From: Oligoflexales bacterium
Lineage (GTDB): Bacteria > Bdellovibrionota_B > Oligoflexia > Oligoflexales > CAIYRB01
Length of the DNA: 64,000 nt
Assembly (NCBI GenBank): GCA_041736175.1
Contig: JBGSUI010000056.1
Location: 64,001-128,000 of the forward strand
Reading direction: 5' to 3'
The notes under the pieces were generated by a model that saw only the letters and a program-made list of their open reading frames with translations, had not been told where the DNA came from and searched no databases. Positions 45,840 through 53,821 of the stretch are shown here, in pieces; position 1 is the first letter of the stretch, and each line of letters begins with the position of its first letter. Both the position numbers and the translations under genes were made by a program.

Positions 45840-46604
45840 CTATCCCTGATCCAAGGGGCTGTGGCTGTGTTGGAGAAGAAGCCGGTCTCCCACAATCTTA
45901 AAGACCCGCGGTGAAAACAGGAGCCCTAGGTGTCCCACACTTGAGATTTGGACGGAGTCAGCCTCCTGCTCGGCAAAAACCCGCGGTATAACGATATTAT
46001 CCGATCCCCCCACGATCGCCAAAGGTCGCACGTTGCGGGCACGGTCCCGGGACTTGTTAAGGCGATGGATCAGGGGTGAATCCGGTCGCAGCTCCCGTCC
46101 GATGCGGTCCCATAGCCAATAGGAGTTGTAGGTCCCGCTATGGGGCGTGCCGATCGTGATGCAGTGGTCGACCCGCCGGTAGCCCCCTAACTCTTGGATA
46201 TAGGCTCGCGCCACGAGGCCACCAAGACTATGACCGATTAAATCGATGCGTCCCCCTCGGACGTAATGGTGGAGAAACCCTTTGAGCTGGATGGCAGCTT
46301 GCATCACCCCTATTTTTGAGGAGTATTGATAGTCCAATTGGCTACGGTAGCCGCGGAAACTCAAATACTGGGCCAATGGCCGGAGACAGGAGCGGTTGGC
46401 AAGATAGCCATGGATAAAAACAACAGTCCGGAGGTCACGGGTCCGGGGAGTCAGCTGATTTTTGTGGGGCGTCATCCCAAAAGGATACATCAACACCGAT
46501 GCCAGTCCTGCGAGCACTTCTTTGGCAACAAGAAGTCCAGGGTGTTGCTCTGAAGGCGGATAATCTTGGACCATCCAAAGGCTCCGAGGTGAAGGGTGAC
46601 TCAT
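45840..46604 (-). CDS. Alpha/beta hydrolase (lipase/esterase)
   Basis: Oxyanion FIHGY, nucleophile GHSLGG, GTPH.G, D.IV.P, GHLGL; start uncertain (ORF track 46703). Confidence 0.85.
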   Translation of the reverse strand: MSHPSPRSLWMVQDYPPSEQHPGLLVAKEVLAGLASVLMYPFGMTPHKNQLTPRTRDLRTVVFIHGYLANRSCLRPLAQYLSFRGYRSQLDYQYSSKIGVMQAAIQLKGFLHHYVRGGRIDLIGHSLGGLVARAYIQELGGYRRVDHCITIGTPHSGTYNSYWLWDRIGRELRPDSPLIHRLNKSRDRARNVRPLAIVGGSDNIVIPRVFAEQEADSVQISSVGHLGLLFSPRVFKIVGDRLLLQHSHSPLDQG

Positions 46605-46675
46605 AGGATACCACAAATCGCAAATCTCCGACCTGGATTGACCGGGAAACTCTGGTAGGATGCTCCAGGGGAGGG

Positions 46676-48346
46676 ATGGGAAGCCTGGGTTCGCCAACAT
46701 CACATGTTAATCAAGTTGATCGTAACCTAACGATCTCGATCGTCAGCGGCTGTCTTCTTATGGTTGTGCTTGCCATCGTCGGTGGCGTGCGTCATTACAC
46801 TCCGGTGCCTCTCGGTGATATGTGGGATGGCTTTATCGATTTTTATACAAAAAGCGACGGAGCGGCTGCCTGGTGGGCCCAGCATAACGAACATCGTATC
46901 ACCCTTACCAAGATACTGTTCTGGCTTGATCTTAAATGTTTTGGCGGTACCTTTTGGTTTCTCTTCGCCGTAAACTATCTCTTCGTCGGGATCAGTGGTG
47001 GGGTCTTTTACTTAATCCTGCGGGAAAGTAGGCCACATAAGGCAAGACGCCAGGACGAAGGACTGGTCGCTTTATTTTTAGGTTCCTGGCTTTTTTTCTG
47101 GTCCCAAAAGGAAAATCTCACTTGGGGATTTCAATCCCAATTTTTTTTGGCTTATCTCCTCCCCCTTGGAGCTTTTTATAACTTAGCAAAGTCCATGGGG
47201 TCTGTCCGAGCCACCCCCTATTTTGCAATCGCTCTCGTTCTGGGAGCGGCGTCGGTTATAACCATGGCCAATGGCGTGCTGGTGTTGCCCTTGATGACTG
47301 TCTTTGGGGTAGTCTCTCGGCAAAGTTGGCGGCGTACAGTCGTTCTGATTATGAGTACGGTTTCTCTTCTCTCTCTTTACTTTATGGACTACCAATCTCC
47401 AGCGGCCCATGGTTCTCTAGCACACCAATGGGCAACCTATCCATGGCAGATGGGCCAATTTGTCCTCTACGAGTTAGGGTCACCCTTTTACTATATGGTT
47501 GGTTTAGAGGGGCTCGATAAACGGATCGCCTTGGTAGCGGGGATGATATTTGTCCTGGCTATGGGTTTCTTTTGTTCTTTATTTTTATTCCAATCCTCCC
47601 AGCCGCCCACCCTCGTGGCGTTGATCTTTTTTCTCTTTTACATCGGCGGCACAGTCTTAGGGACTGCCGCTGGTCGCGTCCAGTTCGGGACCGATCAGGC
47701 CCTGAGCAGTCGCTATACAACACCGATCTTGATGGGTTGGGTGGCTCTTAGCATACTCTGCTGGCGAAGATTTGGTGGGGACTCAGGATGGCTGAGTCCT
47801 GGCAAACTTCGGTGGGGTATCCTCACGCTCTTAGTCCTTATGTTTCCCACGCAACGTACGGCTCTCAAGTCACAGGAGCAAAGGATTTTTGAGGGGAAAT
47901 TTGCCGCCCTTGCCCTCCAACTTCAGATTTATGATAGGGCACAAATCCAGCGGATCTACCCTAATGTCCCCAAGGTCCTATCGATCGCCCGCAAAGCATC
48001 CTTTCACCACCTTTCAGTCCTGGGTCGATTTCCCTTAAAGGATTTAAGTTTACAAACCGTTGAGCAGCTCGATCTTTCAAAAACTTTTAACGGGTGTATC
48101 GCGGGCCTTTATTCCATTGATTGGATCGCTGACGATCCTCAGATGCAAATCCTCAAAGGTCGGATTGAGTTTCCTGGGGACCATAAAGCCCCGAAGTTTA
48201 TAAAGATCTCAGATAAGGACGGTCAGGTCTTTGGCTACGGCCTGACGCAAGGTACCGAATTTCGCGCCTATGTCGTGGCTGATAAACTTAAGTCGCCCGT
48301 CGTGCTCACAGGGGAGAACTTCCGTTGTGAGTTGGTCGTGGAGTGA
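46676..48346 (+). CDS. Polytopic membrane protein, putative GT-C-type glycosyltransferase
   Basis: About 12 hydrophobic segments; D.WD and WAQHNEHRI loop; SSRY motif. Confidence 0.55.
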   Translation: MGSLGSPTSHVNQVDRNLTISIVSGCLLMVVLAIVGGVRHYTPVPLGDMWDGFIDFYTKSDGAAAWWAQHNEHRITLTKILFWLDLKCFGGTFWFLFAVNYLFVGISGGVFYLILRESRPHKARRQDEGLVALFLGSWLFFWSQKENLTWGFQSQFFLAYLLPLGAFYNLAKSMGSVRATPYFAIALVLGAASVITMANGVLVLPLMTVFGVVSRQSWRRTVVLIMSTVSLLSLYFMDYQSPAAHGSLAHQWATYPWQMGQFVLYELGSPFYYMVGLEGLDKRIALVAGMIFVLAMGFFCSLFLFQSSQPPTLVALIFFLFYIGGTVLGTAAGRVQFGTDQALSSRYTTPILMGWVALSILCWRRFGGDSGWLSPGKLRWGILTLLVLMFPTQRTALKSQEQRIFEGKFAALALQLQIYDRAQIQRIYPNVPKVLSIARKASFHHLSVLGRFPLKDLSLQTVEQLDLSKTFNGCIAGLYSIDWIADDPQMQILKGRIEFPGDHKAPKFIKISDKDGQVFGYGLTQGTEFRAYVVADKLKSPVVLTGENFRCELVVE

Positions 48347-48383
48347 GAGTTTGTCCATCTCTTTCAAATAAAGGGAGAAATGC

Positions 48384-48412
48384 TTGTATTCCTCGTCACC
48401 CAAGAGTATAAT
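48384..48412 (+). promoter_or_regulatory. Sigma70-type promoter
   Basis: TTGTAT-N17-TATAAT upstream of 48481 (AAGGAGG RBS). Confidence 0.6.
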
Positions 48413-48480
48413 ACGGTCCAGAAGTTTCCGAGAAGTTTGATTAGTTAATTCGATTTTAGATTAGAATTTCCTAAGGAGGA

Positions 48481-48816
48481 ATGATCATGAGACGTACCTA
48501 TATGCTTACCGCGTTATGGATGGGGTCTTTTTTTGTTACGTCCCTTGCCTCTGCTCAAGCCTATCCTCGCGTCAGAAATACGGCGACGGAGCGTCTGTGC
48601 GCCGATCCTAACTTGTTCGACAGTATTGCTGTCGGCCAACTTTGTTCCCGCTATTACGCTGGTTGGGGCGGTGGATGGGGCGGTGGATGGGGTGGTGGAT
48701 GGGGCGGTCGACCAGGTGGCGGTTGGTACACCAGCGTCGATAGGTTTCGCGACTCCCTAACCCCCGATCGCCAATTTGACCGGTTAAATAGACCGTATGG
48801 TGATTATGGCGGCTAA
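48481..48816 (+). CDS. Small secreted protein with (GWGG)4 repeat
   Basis: Signal peptide ending ASA; two Cys; 12-bp tandem repeat at 48661-48708. Confidence 0.7.
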   Translation: MIMRRTYMLTALWMGSFFVTSLASAQAYPRVRNTATERLCADPNLFDSIAVGQLCSRYYAGWGGGWGGGWGGGWGGRPGGGWYTSVDRFRDSLTPDRQFDRLNRPYGDYGG

Positions 48817-48837
48817 GGTGATGTGCTCAAATCAGAT

Positions 48838-50226
48838 CTATGTCGCTGCCAGCAGTTGGTTCATCGTCTTTTTATAGCTGGCAGCGATTTTTCCAATATC
48901 CCGGTGAACTCCCTGACGAACTACCCACTCACCCCGACGTAGGGTCCCCGTGAACATCGAAGAATCACAGCAGTAAAAAAGGGTGCTGAAATACTTGTCT
49001 CGCGGTTTTCCAAAAAAAATCGGATGGTCGATGTTGATCATAAGGGCGTCCAGGGAATCGCCGACCTTAAGGGTATTTGGATCTCCAGCAGCAACCCGCG
49101 CTTTTTGGAGGCTCGCCCATAGCAGGGTCGCGGAGTCGTCACCCCCAAGGGTGCAAACTGGATTTCGCTTTTCCTTGCATAGCCGCTGAACATAATCTAA
49201 CCAGCGCAAATCTTCGAGAGGATTCAGTCCAATCTGGCTATCAGTCCCCAAGAGAAAAGCACCACGGGTTTGCGCTCCGGCTCCGAGAAAAGGTAGTAGG
49301 GGGAAAAAACCGTCTCCTAAATTGCCCTCTGTTGATGGGCAAAGCACGAGATTCGCACCCCTACGAGCGACGTCTTGGATCTCTTCAGGAGTGGAATGGG
49401 TACCGTGGACTAAGAAAAATTGTTGGTTAACCTCGACGGAGTCCAGGAGCCAGCGGGTAGGGGAACATCCCAGATGCTGGATGCCCTCTTGGACCTCCCG
49501 CCGCTGTTCGGCGATATGCAAATGCTTGGGTCCAAGGTCTTTCATATTTAAGACTTCGAGGGCCACGGCAGGGTCCACGGCTCTAAGGGAATGGATTCCT
49601 GTGCCGACCTGGATATCAGTCATGGACCGAGCATATGAGCGGCAGGACGCAATCAGGTCGAGGTATGCATCCAGAGAGGGGTGGATAAACCGCCGCTGCC
49701 GGGGAAAGGGTGGTGTATTGAAATTGCCCTTCTGGTAAAGAACCGGGACCAGAAGGAGTTTTATGCCGACTCTTTGGGCGGCTGTCATCAAACGTAGGCT
49801 GAGTTCTGCGGGATCTTGATAGGACTGTCCCTTTTTGTCTTGGTGTAAGTAGTGAAATTCAACCACCGAGGTGTAGCCAAATCGGAGCATCTCGGCATAC
49901 ACCATCGCCGCAAGGTCTTCTACCTCTTCGGGGTCAACCGAAAGGGCGACTTTGTACATGGTTTCACGCCAGCTCCAAAAATCATCGTGGACACCAACTT
50001 CCGGGAGAGACTCTGTAAGTCCGCCCATCGCATATTGGAAGGCATGGGAATGTCCGTTACAAAACCCCGGAAGAGCCCAGCCCTCAATCGATACGGGCGG
50101 AGTGGGCCAGGTTTGATCAGGAGTGCTTGAGACTTCGGTGATGATGCCATGGGCATCTGTCTTTACAAAAGCAGGTTGGAACCACTTTTGATCGCTCCAT
50201 AAAAGTTCAAATCGATAATATCCCAT
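48838..50226 (-). CDS. hutF: Formimidoylglutamate deiminase
   Basis: HSHAFQ, DFWSWRETMY, EFHYLH, HSLRAV, HIAEQ..EV, CPSTEGNLGDG, GTDS. Confidence 0.93.
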   Translation of the reverse strand: MGYYRFELLWSDQKWFQPAFVKTDAHGIITEVSSTPDQTWPTPPVSIEGWALPGFCNGHSHAFQYAMGGLTESLPEVGVHDDFWSWRETMYKVALSVDPEEVEDLAAMVYAEMLRFGYTSVVEFHYLHQDKKGQSYQDPAELSLRLMTAAQRVGIKLLLVPVLYQKGNFNTPPFPRQRRFIHPSLDAYLDLIASCRSYARSMTDIQVGTGIHSLRAVDPAVALEVLNMKDLGPKHLHIAEQRREVQEGIQHLGCSPTRWLLDSVEVNQQFFLVHGTHSTPEEIQDVARRGANLVLCPSTEGNLGDGFFPLLPFLGAGAQTRGAFLLGTDSQIGLNPLEDLRWLDYVQRLCKEKRNPVCTLGGDDSATLLWASLQKARVAAGDPNTLKVGDSLDALMINIDHPIFFGKPRDKYFSTLFYCCDSSMFTGTLRRGEWVVRQGVHRDIGKIAASYKKTMNQLLAAT

Positions 50227-50244
50227 GGGAAGACCCTCAGTAAA

Positions 50245-51123
50245 TCAAAAGTTGATTGCTTCAGTGGAGAGAATATTCAAGACGATACTGATAGCTCGTT
50301 GTAGCGCAGCGGAAAGCTCGGCAGCTTTAGGGGACAGACTTGGAAAACCCCGCTGGTGACGACCGCTCTCCATGGGATCTACGAGGTAGAGGTCTTGGGA
50401 CATTTCGAGCTGAATAGTATGAATCCCCTGTTTAGGACTGGCGAAGTGTTTAGTCAAATATCCGCCTTTATATGGATTATTGACGACAGTCTGGTAGGTG
50501 CTTGCCAGACTTTTGTAGACCGCATCGGTGATCAGGGGGTGGCAGCTGGTTCCGTCACGGTCACCGATCATGATGTCAGGAAGGGGAGACCTTTGGTTGC
50601 TTTTAAGGCCGGCAAACCGACTGATGGAGTGGGCTTCCCAAAGGAGCACGTGGGGATGGACCTTGCGTAATTCTGTGATGAGCGAGTTTATCTTTTCATG
50701 GTACGGCCAGTAGAAGTCTTGTAGCCGCGTCTCCTTGCCGAGAACCCGCAGCGACTCCCCGTGGTCCAATGTGAGCGGCGCTCCCCCAAAAGTAGTGACG
50801 GGAATTAGGCCTGTCTCGGTGCGTCCGTCTTGGTAGAGGGGACGGTCGTTAGGATCTCGGTTAAGGTCGATCACATAGCGGCTCCACCGGGCGGTGATCA
50901 GCGGGGCGCCGAGGCCTGGGACAAAGGAGTAAATCTGATCCACATACCAGTCAGTATCGGGGAGTTCCCTGAGAATCCCAGGGTAGAAGGACGGTACTAG
51001 AGCTGCTGGAATCTCGGTCCCCACATGGGGACAGCTTACAATCAGGGGAACTTTTAGGGAAAGCGGCTTGGATAGAAAAACGAGAGGAGTCCCCGCCTGG
51101 GAATCGTCGATGTTATAGGTCAT
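50245..51123 (-). CDS. hutG: N-formylglutamate amidohydrolase
   Basis: SCPHVGT, DTDW, SRYVIDLNR, YWPYH, HSI, GGYLT, IQLEM; adjacent to hutF. Confidence 0.92.
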   Translation of the reverse strand: MTYNIDDSQAGTPLVFLSKPLSLKVPLIVSCPHVGTEIPAALVPSFYPGILRELPDTDWYVDQIYSFVPGLGAPLITARWSRYVIDLNRDPNDRPLYQDGRTETGLIPVTTFGGAPLTLDHGESLRVLGKETRLQDFYWPYHEKINSLITELRKVHPHVLLWEAHSISRFAGLKSNQRSPLPDIMIGDRDGTSCHPLITDAVYKSLASTYQTVVNNPYKGGYLTKHFASPKQGIHTIQLEMSQDLYLVDPMESGRHQRGFPSLSPKAAELSAALQRAISIVLNILSTEAINF

Positions 51124-51245
51124 AAGCGCCGGGAGCCTCCTTCGCGATGAGATCGCTGTAGCATATCACCTCAGCTTTGCTATGAAATCCAGAAAAGGTA
51201 AGCAATGCTTAAAAAAACTTCTGGGTTTTTGCATTAAAAGGATGA

Positions 51246-51896
51246 ATGATTGCTAGATTTTCAGCACAATGGAGCCAAAGTGTGCAAGGGACCATGTCAT
51301 CACTTAGGAGTATGCCAATGACTTTTGTAAAACCCATGATCATGCGGGGGACCTTAGGATTGATACTATGGACCAGCGTGGCGTCAGCTTCTGATATCCC
51401 CGTGCTCTCACTTAATCTATGTACCCTTCACTACTCGCGCATAGCCTACGATCGGCCTGTGAAAAATGTGATGGCCCATGCGGGGATCCTTAAAGAGTGC
51501 GCCCACAATCTAGCGGCGAACGCATACTGGACCGATATCCATGACGTTAACCTTAAGACAGACGGCGATCTCGACCACTTTGCCGAAAAGATTCTCCTTA
51601 AAGACAGGTCCAGCACTTACCAAGCCTGCAAGACTTCACCTGTCGTCCAGTTTTGGGTCACCTTTGAGGATGGCTCGGTTAAAATCGAAGAGCCGGTCTT
51701 AATGAAAATCGATAGTACCCACACGGTCGATTCCGAAACGGGAAGTCCCGAGGCACGCAAGATTGTCTTGGACTATGGCCGTTCCGACCTCAATGCCGTC
51801 TCGAGTGTCCGCTGTGCCAATTTAAACTCCTATGGGGATATCGCCTATCGGTTTGTAAGTGCCGTTGATCCGTCCTTATTTCCAGATATGTTTTGA
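51246..51896 (+). CDS. Hypothetical secreted protein
   Basis: Signal-like MKPMIMRGTLGLILWTSVASA segment; true start probably downstream of the ORF-track start. Confidence 0.55.
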   Translation: MIARFSAQWSQSVQGTMSSLRSMPMTFVKPMIMRGTLGLILWTSVASASDIPVLSLNLCTLHYSRIAYDRPVKNVMAHAGILKECAHNLAANAYWTDIHDVNLKTDGDLDHFAEKILLKDRSSTYQACKTSPVVQFWVTFEDGSVKIEEPVLMKIDSTHTVDSETGSPEARKIVLDYGRSDLNAVSSVRCANLNSYGDIAYRFVSAVDPSLFPDMF

Positions 51897-51994
51897 TTTT
51901 ATGGAGGCATGGTTCGCTTATAGTTTTCTTAAGACACTTGTGAGAGACTTTTACTACGTACTTCAGTGGGAGTTGGCCAAAGGATTCTTAGAAA

Positions 51995-52312
51995 ATGTTA
52001 GCTGAATGCTCCAATCCTAAAAGTGCTCACCATTGGCTACCGCTGGTGGTTTTTCTTGGGTGGGCCTTGGTTTTTGTCCATGGCTTTCATCAAACACGGA
52101 CAGTTTCCGACTTCCTGAAAACCACTGACCCTATGGCAGAAGGGGCGGAGTCTGAATCAGACCAGGCAGATCCGCTGTTTACTAGCGACCAGATTTGGCT
52201 ACAAAAGTTCATTCAAGCTCCTGTCATTGTCCATGCCGTCCTTAAGCTATTAGAACTTGATTGGTTTCAGTCTACCCCCCTATTTATCCGCTTGCATTCC
52301 CTCTTGCTCTGA
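51995..52312 (+). CDS. Small membrane/leader protein upstream of sulP-dabAB
   Basis: 105 aa; one TM followed by H.FH, acidic stretch, C-terminal PLFIRLHSLLL. Confidence 0.5.
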   Translation: MLAECSNPKSAHHWLPLVVFLGWALVFVHGFHQTRTVSDFLKTTDPMAEGAESESDQADPLFTSDQIWLQKFIQAPVIVHAVLKLLELDWFQSTPLFIRLHSLLL

Positions 52313-52462
52313 TCTCCCAAGTGCGCCATCTACAGTGTTGACAATTAAAGAGAGCCCCGACTTGGTACCAGCCCTGTACCTCTAGGAAAGAGGGAGGGAT
52401 TCCAAATCAGGAGGGCATTTGCATTAAATAGCGCGATCACTGATTCAAGAGGACACACTTCC

Positions 52463-53821
52463 ATGGACGACCGTCCCCAAAAGTCTCTCACTGACCATTC
52501 TCGAGGCTTCCTGGGAGCCTTTAAGTTTCCAAAGATTGATTTTCACCCAGCAGACCTGATGGCCAGTGCTGTGGTGTTTATCATCGCGGTTCCCCTGTCC
52601 CTGGGGATTGCTTCGGCCTCGGGTATGCCGGCGACCTCCGCGTTGGTTGCGGCCATCGTCGGAGGGCTTGTGGTAGGACTCCTCTCCGGAGCCCCCCTTG
52701 TCGTCAGTGGTCCGGCCGCAGGCTTGACGTCCATGGTCTTGGGATTCACCCTGACCTATGGGGTGCAGTCCATCGCCAAGATCACAATCATCGCTGGTTT
52801 TTTTCAACTGATCTTCGGTGGCCTCAAGTTAGGCCGACTGATCGCCAAAATCCCTCGCAGTGTCTTGGAAGGAGTGTTAAGTGCTATCGGTGTGACGATC
52901 CTTCTTGGCCAGCTCCATATCATGTTTGGCCAAACAATACCTGGAGGGCCGATTGCGAGTTTTTTAGGTCTTAAGCATTCCTTCTCCCAGGCCCTTTATG
53001 GGGCTTCGAGTCATCCTTTCCCCTGGTCCGCAGCCCTGACCTGTGGGGTTCTAGGCCTTGGGATCCAGTTGGCTTGGCCTCGGTTACTGCCCCAATTAAA
53101 ATGGCTCCCGGCAGCTCTCCCGGCGACGCTGCTGGTGACCCTCGCGGCGCTGGGCTGGAGTCTACCGCGGGTACAGCTTGCAGATCTTGGACCCCATATC
53201 CAGGGCGCTATTAAAAACACCATGGATGGTGCGAGTTTTTTTGGACAAATGGCTCATCTTTGGCTCCCGAGTTTGGGTCTGGCGATCGTGGCCAGCGCCG
53301 AATCTCTTTTGACTGCGCGAGCCATTGACGTCTTAGCAACTAAGCGCAGTCTCACCCAGAACACCCAGCTGGATCGGGAGCTTGTAGCCCAAGGCACCGG
53401 CAACTTAATCTCCGGTGCCCTCGGTGGACTGCCCATGACCGGGGTCATGGTGCGCAGTGCCGCCAACCTTGCAGCCGGAGCGCGCTCGCGATGGTCCACG
53501 ATTCTCCATGGCCTCCTGGTCGCTCTCGCCGTGGTGTTTTTTGCGTCGATTCTCGAAAAGATCCCTTTAGCGGTTTTAGCCTCGATTTTGGTGCTGACGG
53601 GCCTTAAGCTTTTAAACCTTCCCTCTATGCTCCATGAACTGAAACAGGATCCTGTCCAAGCCTGGATTTGGCCCATGACCCTGGTTTCCGTCCTCGCCAC
53701 GGATCTCTTGGTGGGGCTTGGCATCGGGCTGGCCGTGGCCATGGTCCAGAGTCTCTTCCTTAAAAAGTATGCCAAAAAAATCGAATCAGGGAAAATTCCC
53801 GCGGCTGAGGTCAACCCATGA
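52463..53821 (+). CDS. SulP/SLC26 anion (probably bicarbonate) transporter without STAS domain
   Basis: DL.A..VVF..AVPLSLGIA.ASG, VSGPAAG, ESLL, ELVAQG.GN, GGLP.TGV.VRS.AN. Confidence 0.92.
   Translation: MDDRPQKSLTDHSRGFLGAFKFPKIDFHPADLMASAVVFIIAVPLSLGIASASGMPATSALVAAIVGGLVVGLLSGAPLVVSGPAAGLTSMVLGFTLTYGVQSIAKITIIAGFFQLIFGGLKLGRLIAKIPRSVLEGVLSAIGVTILLGQLHIMFGQTIPGGPIASFLGLKHSFSQALYGASSHPFPWSAALTCGVLGLGIQLAWPRLLPQLKWLPAALPATLLVTLAALGWSLPRVQLADLGPHIQGAIKNTMDGASFFGQMAHLWLPSLGLAIVASAESLLTARAIDVLATKRSLTQNTQLDRELVAQGTGNLISGALGGLPMTGVMVRSAANLAAGARSRWSTILHGLLVALAVVFFASILEKIPLAVLASILVLTGLKLLNLPSMLHELKQDPVQAWIWPMTLVSVLATDLLVGLGIGLAVAMVQSLFLKKYAKKIESGKIPAAEVNP

Noticed and set aside
48661..48708. Tandem repeat as a CRISPR array
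   Set aside because: 12-bp in-frame coding repeat without spacers; no cas genes in the window
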